From the NCBI GenBank assembly GCA_963699755.1, contig CAVOVB010000003.1, positions 512,001 through 576,000 on the forward strand: DNA of 64,000 nt, written 5' to 3'. The translations under genes and the position numbers were made by a program. This stretch comes from an uncultured delta proteobacterium (GTDB lineage: Bacteria; Myxococcota_A; Polyangia; Polyangiales; Houyiibacteriaceae). The notes below the pieces were generated by a model. The model ran no database searches, was not told the origin of the DNA, and saw nothing but the letters and a program-made list of their open reading frames with translations. This document shows positions 1 to 9,215 of this stretch, one piece after another (positions within the stretch are counted from its first letter, which is position 1; each line of letters starts with the position of its first letter).

Positions 1-1252
1 CGCGCCCCTTTCGCTCGACGCTCGCGTCCGAATCCTTGGGCGAGACCTTGCGCGCCGCCGAAAGGGCCTCTTGGGCGTCCGAATCGCTGTCCCAGCTCGT
101 CCACCAGACGACGGCGATCTCTTGTTTGCGCCGGTAGACCACCAGCCGGTCGCCTCCCCAGCCGGCCGCGGCTTGCTCGTCCGTGCCCGAGGGGCGTCCT
201 TGGCCGAGGTAGACGCTGAGCTCCAGCTCGCCGAGCGTATCTTCTGCCATGCGATCGAACCCTGCGGTGAGGAGCGCTTCGTTGTCGGGAATCCGAATAT
301 CTTCGGCCGGCTCACGGGCGAAGTATTTGTCGGGATGTAGGATCTGCTCGCTCGTCGGCGGGGGGCGGCGATGGGCGTTGTTCACCGCAGGCCAGCCGCC
401 GCGACCTTGCACGGCAGCCACGAACTGGAGCCCTCTGAGGTAGGGCGCGACCAGCGTTACCCTGAGAATTGCCGGAGCATCATCGAGCTTGTCTCCGCGC
501 ACGAGGGCGTTGAGGTCGACGTAGTCACCCATCTGCTGAATGCCGGCGGTGGCCGCCGACAAGGGAATGCCCTGTTGCCGTAGAGCCTGCGCGAGCATGG
601 CCAGGGTGGCGTCTCCCTCGACGACCGCGCGGAAGGCATTGTCGGCATCCGCAGTGCGCTCCTTTTCATAGGATTCGCCTAGCCCGAGGCGTTGATCCTG
701 AAGCGCATGGACCAGCTCGTGGACGAGCACCAGGCGTGCCTCCTGAGTTTGCTCGGGACCGAACGATCCGAGCAGGCCCGCCATCACGTCGTCGCGGATG
801 ACCAGGCGTCCGCTCTCCGGATCGTAGTAACCGATGACCTGCTCGCCTAATATGTCGGCGAACATGCTCTGCAGGTCCGCTTCCGCATCGAGTAGACCGA
901 GCCCGCCATAGAGGAGCCTTGCCCGCTCGATCTCTTCTTCTTTGATTTGGGACCGCAGGCTGCGCGCGATCGCATCGCCGTCTTCGATTTCAATCGTGAC
1001 CTGACGTCGCAACCTCAGTTGCCGAACGGACTCCGCCGCGCGGATGAGTTTTTCCACCGCGGCCCGCTCCTTCGCGGTCGCGCGTCGCGCGACGCCAACC
1101 TGTGGCTCGGCAGGGCGATCCGACAAAGGCCTGGTCAGTGTCGGGCCCTGGGGCTCGGTGGAGGCGAGCGGCAGGCTCGTCTCCGGTCTGGCCTGCCGAT
1201 GGCAGCTACTCAGGAAGAGAGCAGCGGCCAAGCAGGCGACCCATCGACTCAT
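1..1252 (-). CDS. Putative zinc-metallopeptidase-like lipoprotein (3' end runs off the window; absent from ORF track)
   Basis: Hand translation from ATG 1252: MSRWVACLAAALFLSSC (lipobox), in-frame HELVHALQDQ (HExxH, codon at 721) and downstream VEGDA; ATGA overlap with rnj stop. Confidence 0.75.
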   Translation of the reverse strand, partial: MSRWVACLAAALFLSSCHRQARPETSLPLASTEPQGPTLTRPLSDRPAEPQVGVARRATAKERAAVEKLIRAAESVRQLRLRRQVTIEIEDGDAIARSLRSQIKEEEIERARLLYGGLGLLDAEADLQSMFADILGEQVIGYYDPESGRLVIRDDVMAGLLGSFGPEQTQEARLVLVHELVHALQDQRLGLGESYEKERTADADNAFRAVVEGDATLAMLAQALRQQGIPLSAATAGIQQMGDYVDLNALVRGDKLDDAPAILRVTLVAPYLRGLQFVAAVQGRGGWPAVNNAHRRPPPTSEQILHPDKYFAREPAEDIRIPDNEALLTAGFDRMAEDTLGELELSVYLGQGRPSGTDEQAAAGWGGDRLVVYRRKQEIAVVWWTSWDSDSDAQEALSAARKVSPKDSDASVERKGR

Positions 1253-2877
1253 GGTGCACCGTTCACGTCCACCGTGATGAGCGGGCGCTTTCGGTGACTG
1301 TGTACCAGGAAGCGTCGAGCGGCTTCAATTGCGGCTTCTTCGAGCTCCGCCGGGCCGGTGAATCGCCGCCCTCTGAGCTGGTTGCGGACTTGCTCTGCGA
1401 TCTTGCGTTCAATTTGGGCGCGGTCCGCGGCATCGAAGACACCTCGGGAAAGCACTCGCGGGAACCTGTGACTCCGTCCATCTCTGAGTGAGAGAAGGAC
1501 CGTGATCAGGCCTGCCGAGCCCATCGCGCGCCGCTCGGCGATGACCTCGGAGCTCAAGGACTGCATGCCGGCGATGTACACGCGCGCCGTTGGGATGGTG
1601 TCGACGATGCGCATCGCGTCTTTGGTGACCTCGAGCACGCTGCCGTTTTCGACCAGCTGTGTTTGCGCGATTCCCTCTTCAACCGCGAGCTCGAGATGGC
1701 GGCGCTGGTGATGGTGCGTCCCGTGCACCGGAACGAAGGCGTTGGGCCGCAGAAGTCGAATCATGCTCCGTTGCTCTTCACGGCAACCATGCCCACTCGC
1801 ATGAATGTCCGGGTGCCGGTCGCGAGTGATGACCTCAAGGCCGCGTCGCTCGAAGCGGTTGACGAGATCGAAGACGCTCAGCTCGTTGCCGGGAATGGCG
1901 CGCGAAGAGAAGATCACGGTGTCACCAGCTTCGAGGTGCACGCGCGCGTGCTCGTCGCGTGCCAATCGCGTCAGCGCCGAGGCTGCCTCGCCCTGAGTCC
2001 CGCCGGCGAGGATCAGAACCTTGTCGCGGCGCAGACTGTCGACCTCTTCGGGCGCGACCAAGAGGTCGTCGACCGATGGGATCAAGCCCAATGCGCGAGC
2101 GGTCTCGGTGTGCTTGCGCGCCGACATCCCGAGTAGGCATACCTTGCGGCCTCTTTCTCGCGCGATCCGCAGGGCCGCCCTCAAACGGAAGGCGTTCGAC
2201 GAGAAGGTTGCCACAACGACGCGGTGAGGGGAGCGAGCAATCCATTGTTCGAGGGCTGCCTCGGCATCGCGCTCGAGCCGCGCGCGCCCTTCGACATCGG
2301 CTCCAGTCGAATCACTCAAGAGGAGGCGCACCCCCTTGCTTCCCAATTGCTCCAGCCTTGTCCGGTCGAAGCGCTGGCCCTCGCAAGGGTCCGATTCGAT
2401 TTTGAAGTCGCCGGTGTGCACGACTGTGCCCACCGGTGTATCTATGATGAGTCCCGTCGCGTCCGCGATCGAGTGGTGCACGGCAAAGCGCTCCACCGAG
2501 ATCGAGCCGATTTGCGCGCGACTCCCTGCGGGGCTCACCCGCAGGTCGACGTTCTTGAGGCGGTGCTCCTTGAGGCGATCCTCGATCAAGGCGGCGGCGT
2601 AGGGTGGCGCGAAGACCGGCACCCGGAGCTTCTTCAGGAAGTAGGGAAGGGCGCCGATGTGATCTTCGTGCCCGTGGGTGATGACGATCGACTCGAGGCT
2701 CTTGCGCTGCTGCAGCAGCCAGTCGAAATCAGCGTGGACCAGCTCGGCACCTTCCTCATCGGTGAAACCGATCCCGCAGTCGATCGCGATCGTGGTGTCA
2801 CCGCAGACCATCGCGGCGCAGTTCATTCCGACCTCGTTGAGCCCACCAAGGGGTATGAACTGCAAACTATCCGTCAC
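1249..2877 (-). CDS. rnj: Ribonuclease J
   Basis: IPLGGLNEVGMN start, THGHEDHIG metallo-beta-lactamase motif, HTGDFK, HASGH; GTG start at 2877 inferred. Confidence 0.93.
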   Translation of the reverse strand: MTDSLQFIPLGGLNEVGMNCAAMVCGDTTIAIDCGIGFTDEEGAELVHADFDWLLQQRKSLESIVITHGHEDHIGALPYFLKKLRVPVFAPPYAAALIEDRLKEHRLKNVDLRVSPAGSRAQIGSISVERFAVHHSIADATGLIIDTPVGTVVHTGDFKIESDPCEGQRFDRTRLEQLGSKGVRLLLSDSTGADVEGRARLERDAEAALEQWIARSPHRVVVATFSSNAFRLRAALRIARERGRKVCLLGMSARKHTETARALGLIPSVDDLLVAPEEVDSLRRDKVLILAGGTQGEAASALTRLARDEHARVHLEAGDTVIFSSRAIPGNELSVFDLVNRFERRGLEVITRDRHPDIHASGHGCREEQRSMIRLLRPNAFVPVHGTHHHQRRHLELAVEEGIAQTQLVENGSVLEVTKDAMRIVDTIPTARVYIAGMQSLSSEVIAERRAMGSAGLITVLLSLRDGRSHRFPRVLSRGVFDAADRAQIERKIAEQVRNQLRGRRFTGPAELEEAAIEAARRFLVHSHRKRPLITVDVNGAP

Positions 2878-2986
2878 GGAGCTCCTCGCTGCGGGGCTAA
2901 AGGCCGCGCTCGCTTTGGTCAAGGCAACAATTGCCCCGTTGACCCTGGTGATCCCTGCGTGCTACGCCCCGGACCGCACGGGTTCA

Positions 2987-5044
2987 ATGCGCCGTTTCTT
3001 AGCGATTATCTGGGTAGTTTCTTTGGGGGCAACGTCGGCCGCGGCGCAGGGGCCGACGTCCGACGCCACAGCCCCGGGGGCGCGTGCGAATGCGGCGACC
3101 GCTGAAGAAGAGGCGATCGAGAACGAGGAGGAAGCCGCCCCTGAGCCTAGCCGAGAAGAGGAGCTCCCTCCCCAGCTCAGGGCTCCTAGCATCGAGGGCC
3201 TCGAGCTCCCGACGGCGCCAAGCTCGGATGCGGATGGGGAGCTCGAGGAGTACGAAGAAGACGAATTCGACGAGGACGCGATGGCAGCTGACGACGCGAA
3301 GCTCCTCGGCATGGCCGAGCCGCCTGCCGCCGATCCGACCCTCGCCAACTGGACCAACCCCCGCCCGGTGTTCTCTCTCAATGGCTATTTCCGCGTGCGC
3401 GGCGAGTACTATGACAACTTTGCCCTCGGCCGCGTCCCGGTCAGTCGGCTCAACGAAGATCCTTTTGCGCGTTGGATCCAGCTCGACAACGCCCCATCCA
3501 CCACAGAGGGCGGCGTGCTGCCGGCCGGCAACTGCAAGGGCGCGCCCTCGTCCGTGCCCGACGCGGCGCTACGTTGTGATGGCAGCGCGACGACACGCTT
3601 TGCGAATATGCGGCTTCGGCTGCAGCCGACGCTATCGCTCAGTGATAACATTCGCGTCCACATGATGGTCGATGCATTCGACAACCTCGTGCTCGGGTCC
3701 ACACCCGAAGTGAAGTCGGTCGATCAGTTTGGTCAAATCACCGGCCGTGCGCCGGGGGTTCCACTCGACAGCCTGACCCGGACCTCACCGCCGCCCGAGT
3801 CTTTTCGAAATACCGTCGGCGATACCATCCTCGTCCGAAGGGTCTGGGGCGAAGTGACGAACAGCACGATCGGTCAGCTCCGGTTCGGCCGGATGGGCAA
3901 CCAATGGGGCCTCGGCATGCTCTGGAATGCGGGCGAGGGGACCAACGTGCTCGGCACCGAGCTCGATGCCGACTTCCAGTCGGAGGTCGATCGGATTCAA
4001 CTGATCGGCAAGTTCAAAGGGATCTTCTTCGGGGTTTCCTGGGACTTTGCCAGCAAGGGCTACATCGCCGATCCCGTCGCGAACATCCAAGCCATTCCCC
4101 GCGATGCCAGCCGCCTGGACGACGTCAAGCAATGGAGCTTTCTCTTCGCGCGCCGGCTCGATCCACTCGCGCGCGACAAGCGCCTTGCCCGTGGCAAATG
4201 GGTGATCAACGGTGGCGCTTACTTCATCTACCGTTCGCAGTTCCTTTCGACTTCGGGCGCGCCGCTGCTCGGAACCCCGAGCGTCGTCGAGAACAGCTTC
4301 GTTCGGCGTGATGCAAAGGTCTACATACCAGACGGCTGGCTGCAGGTCCTTTGGAAGGATCTCCGCCTCGAGCTGGAGTTCGCGGGATTCTTCGGACAGA
4401 TTCAAAACGTCGAGGCTACGGAGTTCCCCAGCACGGCCGAAGGGAATAGGTTCAAGCTCCGTCAGTGGGGCTTCGCATTCGAAGGCGAGTATCGCTTCCT
4501 GCAAAAGAAGCTCGGCGTCTTTCTCAAAGGCGGTGCTGCTTCGGGCGACCCCGACGTCGTCGGGCTCTCGCAGTATGAGAACCTCATCGCTCAACCGGTT
4601 GGGCAGAAGGTCATCTCCAACTTCTCGTTTCACCCCAACTACGAGATCGATCTGATTCTTTGGCGAAACATCCTGGGTGCCATCAGCGGAGCCTATTATC
4701 TCGCGCCGGCAATCAGCTACGATATCATTCGTAGCGACTTCGGGCGGGTGCTCGGCGCGCGTATGGACTTCATTTACAGCCGCGCGATGTACGAGCAGCA
4801 GACCTACTCATCCGAGCCGAACTTGGGCGCCGAAATCGACCTGTCGATTTACTATCGGACCGAGGACGGGCCCAAGATTAGCGACGGTTTCTTTGCAGCG
4901 TTTCAGTTCGGGATCCTGTTTCCGCTGAACGGGCTCCGGTACCTGGAGGTGAACGGCAACCGCGAGCCGCTGGATGCTGGCACCGATGTGGGTGGAATTC
5001 GTCGCGCGATGGCGCTCCGCCTGGTCTTGGGCATCGCGTTCTGA
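2987..5044 (+). CDS. Myxobacterial outer-membrane beta-barrel protein (TIGR04551-like)
   Basis: Signal peptide, acidic N-terminal region, NMRLRLQPTLSLSDNIRVH..DNLVLGSTP, GRMGNQWGLGM, C-terminal aromatic strand LGIAF. Confidence 0.7.
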   Translation: MRRFLAIIWVVSLGATSAAAQGPTSDATAPGARANAATAEEEAIENEEEAAPEPSREEELPPQLRAPSIEGLELPTAPSSDADGELEEYEEDEFDEDAMAADDAKLLGMAEPPAADPTLANWTNPRPVFSLNGYFRVRGEYYDNFALGRVPVSRLNEDPFARWIQLDNAPSTTEGGVLPAGNCKGAPSSVPDAALRCDGSATTRFANMRLRLQPTLSLSDNIRVHMMVDAFDNLVLGSTPEVKSVDQFGQITGRAPGVPLDSLTRTSPPPESFRNTVGDTILVRRVWGEVTNSTIGQLRFGRMGNQWGLGMLWNAGEGTNVLGTELDADFQSEVDRIQLIGKFKGIFFGVSWDFASKGYIADPVANIQAIPRDASRLDDVKQWSFLFARRLDPLARDKRLARGKWVINGGAYFIYRSQFLSTSGAPLLGTPSVVENSFVRRDAKVYIPDGWLQVLWKDLRLELEFAGFFGQIQNVEATEFPSTAEGNRFKLRQWGFAFEGEYRFLQKKLGVFLKGGAASGDPDVVGLSQYENLIAQPVGQKVISNFSFHPNYEIDLILWRNILGAISGAYYLAPAISYDIIRSDFGRVLGARMDFIYSRAMYEQQTYSSEPNLGAEIDLSIYYRTEDGPKISDGFFAAFQFGILFPLNGLRYLEVNGNREPLDAGTDVGGIRRAMALRLVLGIAF

Positions 5045-5056
5045 GCCGAGCGGGGC

Positions 5057-5686
5057 TCACTCTTGCAGCAGGGCTTCCGCTTTTGCAGCAAGCCGCCGGC
5101 GCCTGCACCCTTCGGCAAGGACGATGCCCCGGAGCTGGGCGAGCGCACGCTGAAGCTCGTCGTTGACGATCATGTAATCGAAGAACGGGTAGTGTCCGAT
5201 CTCCTCGCGGGCCTTGTCGAAGCGGCGTTGCCGTGTTTCGGCGTCGTCGGAGCCACGTCCGTCGAGTCGGCGGCGCAGCTCGGCCATCGAGGGCGGCAAA
5301 ATGAAGACCCCGACGGCGTCCGGGTACTTCTCTTTGATCTGACGAGCGCCCTGATAGTCGACGTCGAACAGCACGCCGAGTTTTCGCGCGGCCCTCGCGA
5401 TGTTGATTTCGCTCACGCTGGTGCCGTAGAGATTGCCGTGAACCTCGGCCCACTCCGCGAAGCCGTTCTCGGCGATGATATCGTGGAAGGCGTCTTCGCT
5501 CACGAAGTGGTAGTCCTGACCGTCTACTTCGTTTGCGCGGGGTTGGCGTGTCGTGTGCGAGACGCTGAACCTCAGCTCCGGAAACTCCTGCAGCAGCCGT
5601 CGGGTGAGGGTCGTCTTTCCCGCGCCCGACGGCGAGCTGATGATCAACAAGATGAGATCCGGATCGGTCGACGGAGCGACACTCAT
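5057..5686 (-). CDS. gmk: Guanylate kinase
   Basis: SSPSGAGKTT P-loop, SVSHTTRQPR, DGQDYHF, EWAEVHGNLYGT. Confidence 0.96.
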   Translation of the reverse strand: MSVAPSTDPDLILLIISSPSGAGKTTLTRRLLQEFPELRFSVSHTTRQPRANEVDGQDYHFVSEDAFHDIIAENGFAEWAEVHGNLYGTSVSEINIARAARKLGVLFDVDYQGARQIKEKYPDAVGVFILPPSMAELRRRLDGRGSDDAETRQRRFDKAREEIGHYPFFDYMIVNDELQRALAQLRGIVLAEGCRRRRLAAKAEALLQE

Positions 5687-5731
5687 TGCACTACCCTTTC
5701 GATGCGACCAGTATTGCTTCACAGCGCTCGG

Positions 5732-6607
5732 TCAAAGCACATTCTGCGACTGTTCTCTCATTTGCTCGATGCAGGCCTTCAGCGCAATCACGTGCGCGGT
5801 CATGGTTGCATCCTGCACTTTCGATCCGATCGTGTTGGCTTCGCGCGCCATCTCTTGAAGTAGAAAGTCGATGCGCTTCCCGACCGCTGCGCTCGAATTC
5901 TCGACTAGCTCCAACATTTGGTCACGGTGGCTTTCGAGACGTACCAGCTCCTCCGTGACGTCGGAGCGATCTGCGAGGACTGCGATCTCCTGCTCGAACC
6001 GAGAGGGGTCGAGCTCGGTATCGACCACGGAAAGCAGGGTCTCGAGTCGATCGCGAAGCCGGGACCTGCGGCTCTCGACGAGATCGGAAGCTCCAGCCTT
6101 GAACGCCCCGACGATCTCGCTCAGCGTCGCAAGTTGGCAGCTGAGCTCCGAGGCTAAGGCATCGCCCTCCTTGTCACGCATGGCGATCACCGCTTCGCAC
6201 GCTTCTTTGGTCGCCTGCTCGAGTGAGCGTTCGAGCGCCTCTTCATCGATGGCACGATCGATGACGAACAAGTCGGGCACCGAAGAGAGCAGACCGAGCG
6301 GAACAGGCTCAGTAGGGTTGAGAGCATCCCGCAGCGCCGCGAGCTCCTTGTAGACCGCGCGCGCGCGATCGAGATCTAGCGTGGGTTGCGGAAGCGTCTG
6401 GCCCTCGAAGCGCGCGCTCACATCGACACGCCCGCGCTCCAGGCGCTCTCGAATCACGCGCTCGACGGTCGACGTGCGGCTTTGAATCCGAGATGGAAGT
6501 TGCACACGCACGTCTAGGAAGCGATGGTTGACGGTGCGAACCTCGAGCACGATCTGTCCTTCGCCGAGCGCTGCCCGCCCGCTTCCGTATCCAGTCATGC
6601 TCCGCAT
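5732..6607 (-). CDS. YicC/YloC family endoribonuclease
   Basis: MRSMTGYG start, VNHRFLD, GKRIDFLLQEMAREANTIGSK, EQMREQSQNVL; usual linkage to gmk. Confidence 0.93.
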   Translation of the reverse strand: MRSMTGYGSGRAALGEGQIVLEVRTVNHRFLDVRVQLPSRIQSRTSTVERVIRERLERGRVDVSARFEGQTLPQPTLDLDRARAVYKELAALRDALNPTEPVPLGLLSSVPDLFVIDRAIDEEALERSLEQATKEACEAVIAMRDKEGDALASELSCQLATLSEIVGAFKAGASDLVESRRSRLRDRLETLLSVVDTELDPSRFEQEIAVLADRSDVTEELVRLESHRDQMLELVENSSAAVGKRIDFLLQEMAREANTIGSKVQDATMTAHVIALKACIEQMREQSQNVL

Positions 6608-6614
6608 GAAACGA

Positions 6615-7127
6615 CTACTCGAGCCCGCGCTTGTGCTTGATCAGATCCATGACTTTGGCGTACTCGACCTCGAAAGCGGAGGTGCCTTCTTGGAGGTTTT
6701 TGATCTTCGAGCGCACCTCGGCATCTAGCCCGGTGTCGACTTCCATGTGCCGGCGCAAGATGGGCGTCATCTTCTTTCGAAGCGTGGCGTCATCCGCGTA
6801 GATCTCGATGACATTGCTACTGTGGAAGAGCATGTTGAGCAGTTGATCGACGAGGTAGGGAAGGACTTCATCTTGCTGCGGGAACCCCATCTCCTTTGCG
6901 ACGCGCTGTCGCATCTGGCCGAGCTTGGAGTAGCCCAGGCCTTCTCGCTCCATGCGATCTTTCGACTCGTCGATCAGCTGGCGTTCCCGCCGGACGTATT
7001 CCTTGAGCACGGCTTCGAGATCGAGCCGAACCTCGGCTACCTCCTCGACTTCGATGTCGTCGCCGGCGCTGAGAGCCCGTACCAGGTCGTCGACAATCGG
7101 GCCAATTTTTCCTGAATAAAGTCGCAT
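6615..7127 (-). CDS. DUF507-like protein
   Basis: MRLYSGKI start; IEIYADDATLRKK and EVRSKIKNLQEG..YAKVM patterns. Confidence 0.65.
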   Translation of the reverse strand: MRLYSGKIGPIVDDLVRALSAGDDIEVEEVAEVRLDLEAVLKEYVRRERQLIDESKDRMEREGLGYSKLGQMRQRVAKEMGFPQQDEVLPYLVDQLLNMLFHSSNVIEIYADDATLRKKMTPILRRHMEVDTGLDAEVRSKIKNLQEGTSAFEVEYAKVMDLIKHKRGLE

Positions 7128-7252
7128 GCTTATGATGTCGGCCCTCGACCTGGAGCGACTCCCTCCTGAATGCGGCGACACTAGCTAAGGCCAGGCTGCA
7201 GGTCAATACGAAGGAGAAAACGCGCTTTTTAGTGATTTTGGCAAACTATGCC

Positions 7253-7281
7253 TTGACGGTAATCCTTTGGTCATGCAACAT
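7253..7281 (+). promoter_or_regulatory. Possible sigma70 promoter of crp-family gene (TTGACG-N17-CAACAT)
   Basis: AT-rich intergenic region, 17-nt spacer, 18 nt upstream of ATG 7300. Confidence 0.4.
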
Positions 7282-7299
7282 ACCGTTAAGGCTGTAACT

Positions 7300-8028
7300 A
7301 TGGATTCTAATGCTCCTGCACTGCAAAACGGCTCCGGCGCGCGTCGACTGCGTACCACGGAGGAACGCCGTGCGAGGATTCTCGCTCGCTGCAGGGTTTT
7401 CGAGACATTGGCACCCGTGCTGCGGGAGCAGGTCTTGAACGGAAGCGCATTGGTGGATGCCGATCGCCGCGAGTCCCTTTGCATGCCTAGCGACCCTGCG
7501 ATCTTCGCGATTGGCAGCGGTCGAGTTCGGCGCGTGCGCCGCGCACCGGAACGAGAATTGACGCTCGGCTACTACGGCCCTGGCGATCTGGTTGGCGAGA
7601 TGTCGCTGGTCGATCCCGAAGCGCGGCTCGAAACGGTGGTTTTGGATTATGTGGAAGCGCTACGCATTCCGCCTCGGCTCATCAAAATGGTGATGGAAGA
7701 GGACCTCGGATTCGCTTCCGCTATGCATCGATTGATGGGGGAACGCCGCCTGCTCGCAGAACGGCGAATCGATGCACTGCTCACGCGAAGCGTAGAATCG
7801 CGTGTTGCAGAGTTTCTACTCGATGCGTCTTCGAGGCACGGTATTCCCGATTCACGGGGAATCCTGATCGGTGTGAAGTTCACTCATCAGGAGATTGCGA
7901 GCTATGTAGGCTCGACACGGGAAACCGTCACACTGGTGCTCGGCGCCTTCAAGAGGGCTGGCCTGATCGATACCGATCACCGCCGCGTCGTCATCAGAGA
8001 CATCGCAGGACTGCGCAAGAGGGTCTAA
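7300..8028 (+). CDS. Crp/Fnr family transcriptional regulator
   Basis: cNMP-binding fold (GPGDLVGEMS) plus HTH THQEIASYVGSTRETVT; start uncertain (7267-7300). Confidence 0.92.
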   Translation: MDSNAPALQNGSGARRLRTTEERRARILARCRVFETLAPVLREQVLNGSALVDADRRESLCMPSDPAIFAIGSGRVRRVRRAPERELTLGYYGPGDLVGEMSLVDPEARLETVVLDYVEALRIPPRLIKMVMEEDLGFASAMHRLMGERRLLAERRIDALLTRSVESRVAEFLLDASSRHGIPDSRGILIGVKFTHQEIASYVGSTRETVTLVLGAFKRAGLIDTDHRRVVIRDIAGLRKRV

Positions 8029-8105
8029 CAGCAAAAGGGGAGCGTCCGAACGGTGCGCGGCCTGGGGGGGCCGCTGCCGGGCGGACGGTTTTGTCTACCG
8101 TACGA

Positions 8106-8293
8106 CGGGGCGCGGAACAAACCCGTCACGCGGCTGCATCGAACGGCTCGGCGTGCAGATGTGGTTGGAAGCACCTGGGGCCTGGACCACGCACGCCGAG
8201 CCTCGGAACTCGCGCCAATCGGGGGTGGTTGCTGTCTTGCCGATTGTCACTCGTTACGTCGACTCCACCCCATGACGGGCTTTTTCCGCCCCC
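8106..8293. repeat. Inverted pair of repeat module 1 (8106-8150 +, 8259-8293 -)
   Basis: CGGGGCGCGGAACAAACCCGTCACG versus reverse complement GGGGGCGGAAAAAGCCCGTCATGGGGTGGAGTCGA. Confidence 0.65.
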
Positions 8294-8322
8294 TCCACAC
8301 GAAGACAGGACCCACCACCTTT

Positions 8323-8456
8323 CCCAACGGCAGGCGGCAGCGCGAGCCCGACGGGCGAAGCCCGGCGCGAATGCGCCGGCAAGGCAGAGCGAAGCAAATG
8401 CCGCCCCAGGGAGGACTACGGGCTGGGGTGGGCGGGCGGTGTAACAAAACCAAACC
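8323..8456 (+). repeat. Dispersed repeat module 2, copy A
   Basis: Near-identical to 19761-19882 and to reverse complement of 32303-32418. Confidence 0.85.
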
Positions 8457-8517
8457 AGCTCTCACACCTAGCAACCATCCAAGCTCAGATCTCCGCCGCT
8501 GTTACCGCGTCTGAGAA

Positions 8518-8532
8518 AGGGGACCGTCCCCT
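8518..8532 (-). terminator. Possible intrinsic terminator after mlaC
   Basis: AGGGGA-CGG-TCCCCT followed by TTCT on minus strand, immediately after stop. Confidence 0.4.
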
Positions 8533-8533
8533 C

Positions 8534-9184
8534 TTAAATCAGCTCGTCCTTGTCGTTCAGCTTCTTTTCCATCCGGTCGATCAAGCCGCTCCAGCCCTCT
8601 TCCTTGATCACCCGGCGAAACTGCCGCTTGTAGTTCATCACGAGGCTCACGTCGTCGGTGAAGATGTCGAAGACTTTCCACTCTGTACCGGCGGGGCTCA
8701 TGCTGTAGTCGATGGTGATAGCGGGTTGGCGCCTCTTCTTCGTGGACTTGGCCGACGACTTCACTTTGACGCCGGTTTCGATTGGTTCGGTGCCGACCCA
8801 GGTCACTTTGTACTCGAGCGTCGACTCCATGTTGCGTTGGTACTGACGCTCGACCAGCTGCCTTAGGAGGCTCACGAAGCGATCGCGCTCTTTCGGGGAG
8901 CGCTTTGCCCATTCTTTGTCGAGGGAGAGTCTTGCGAGCCGGTCGTAGTCGAGGAACTCGCCGAGGAGCACCGTGAGCTCTGCGGCGCGTACAGGAGTGT
9001 CGGGTTTCCGAAGAACCGCGCGTACCTTGTTATGCTTGGTGCGGATGAAACCCTCGGCCTCTGCCGCCTGGGCATCGGAAACCACGAGCTCGGATGCGTT
9101 GCTGGCGGCTTCCTCTGCGGCTGCGGGACCTGCAAGCCACAAAGAAGCAAGAGCCAGGCCTGTGATGATGAATAGTCGAGTCAT
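8534..9184 (-). CDS. MlaC/Ttg2D family periplasmic lipid-binding protein
   Basis: Signal peptide; LDYDRLARLSL..W, WKVFDIFTDDVSLVMNYKRQF. Confidence 0.85.
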   Translation of the reverse strand: MTRLFIITGLALASLWLAGPAAAEEAASNASELVVSDAQAAEAEGFIRTKHNKVRAVLRKPDTPVRAAELTVLLGEFLDYDRLARLSLDKEWAKRSPKERDRFVSLLRQLVERQYQRNMESTLEYKVTWVGTEPIETGVKVKSSAKSTKKRRQPAITIDYSMSPAGTEWKVFDIFTDDVSLVMNYKRQFRRVIKEEGWSGLIDRMEKKLNDKDELI

Positions 9185-9215
9185 ATCTTTCCCGTAGACG
9201 AGCTTCGTGCCCGGT

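Noticed and set aside
7230..7275. Crp/Fnr autoregulatory box
   Set aside because: No correctly spaced TGTGA-N6-TCACA or TTGAT-N4-ATCAA palindrome
8053..8514. 153-aa ORF sharing RRQREPxGRSPARMRRQG with ORF 19383-19874
   Set aside because: Similarity derives from the DNA repeat; no SD or protein-like composition, and the frame is not maintained in copy C
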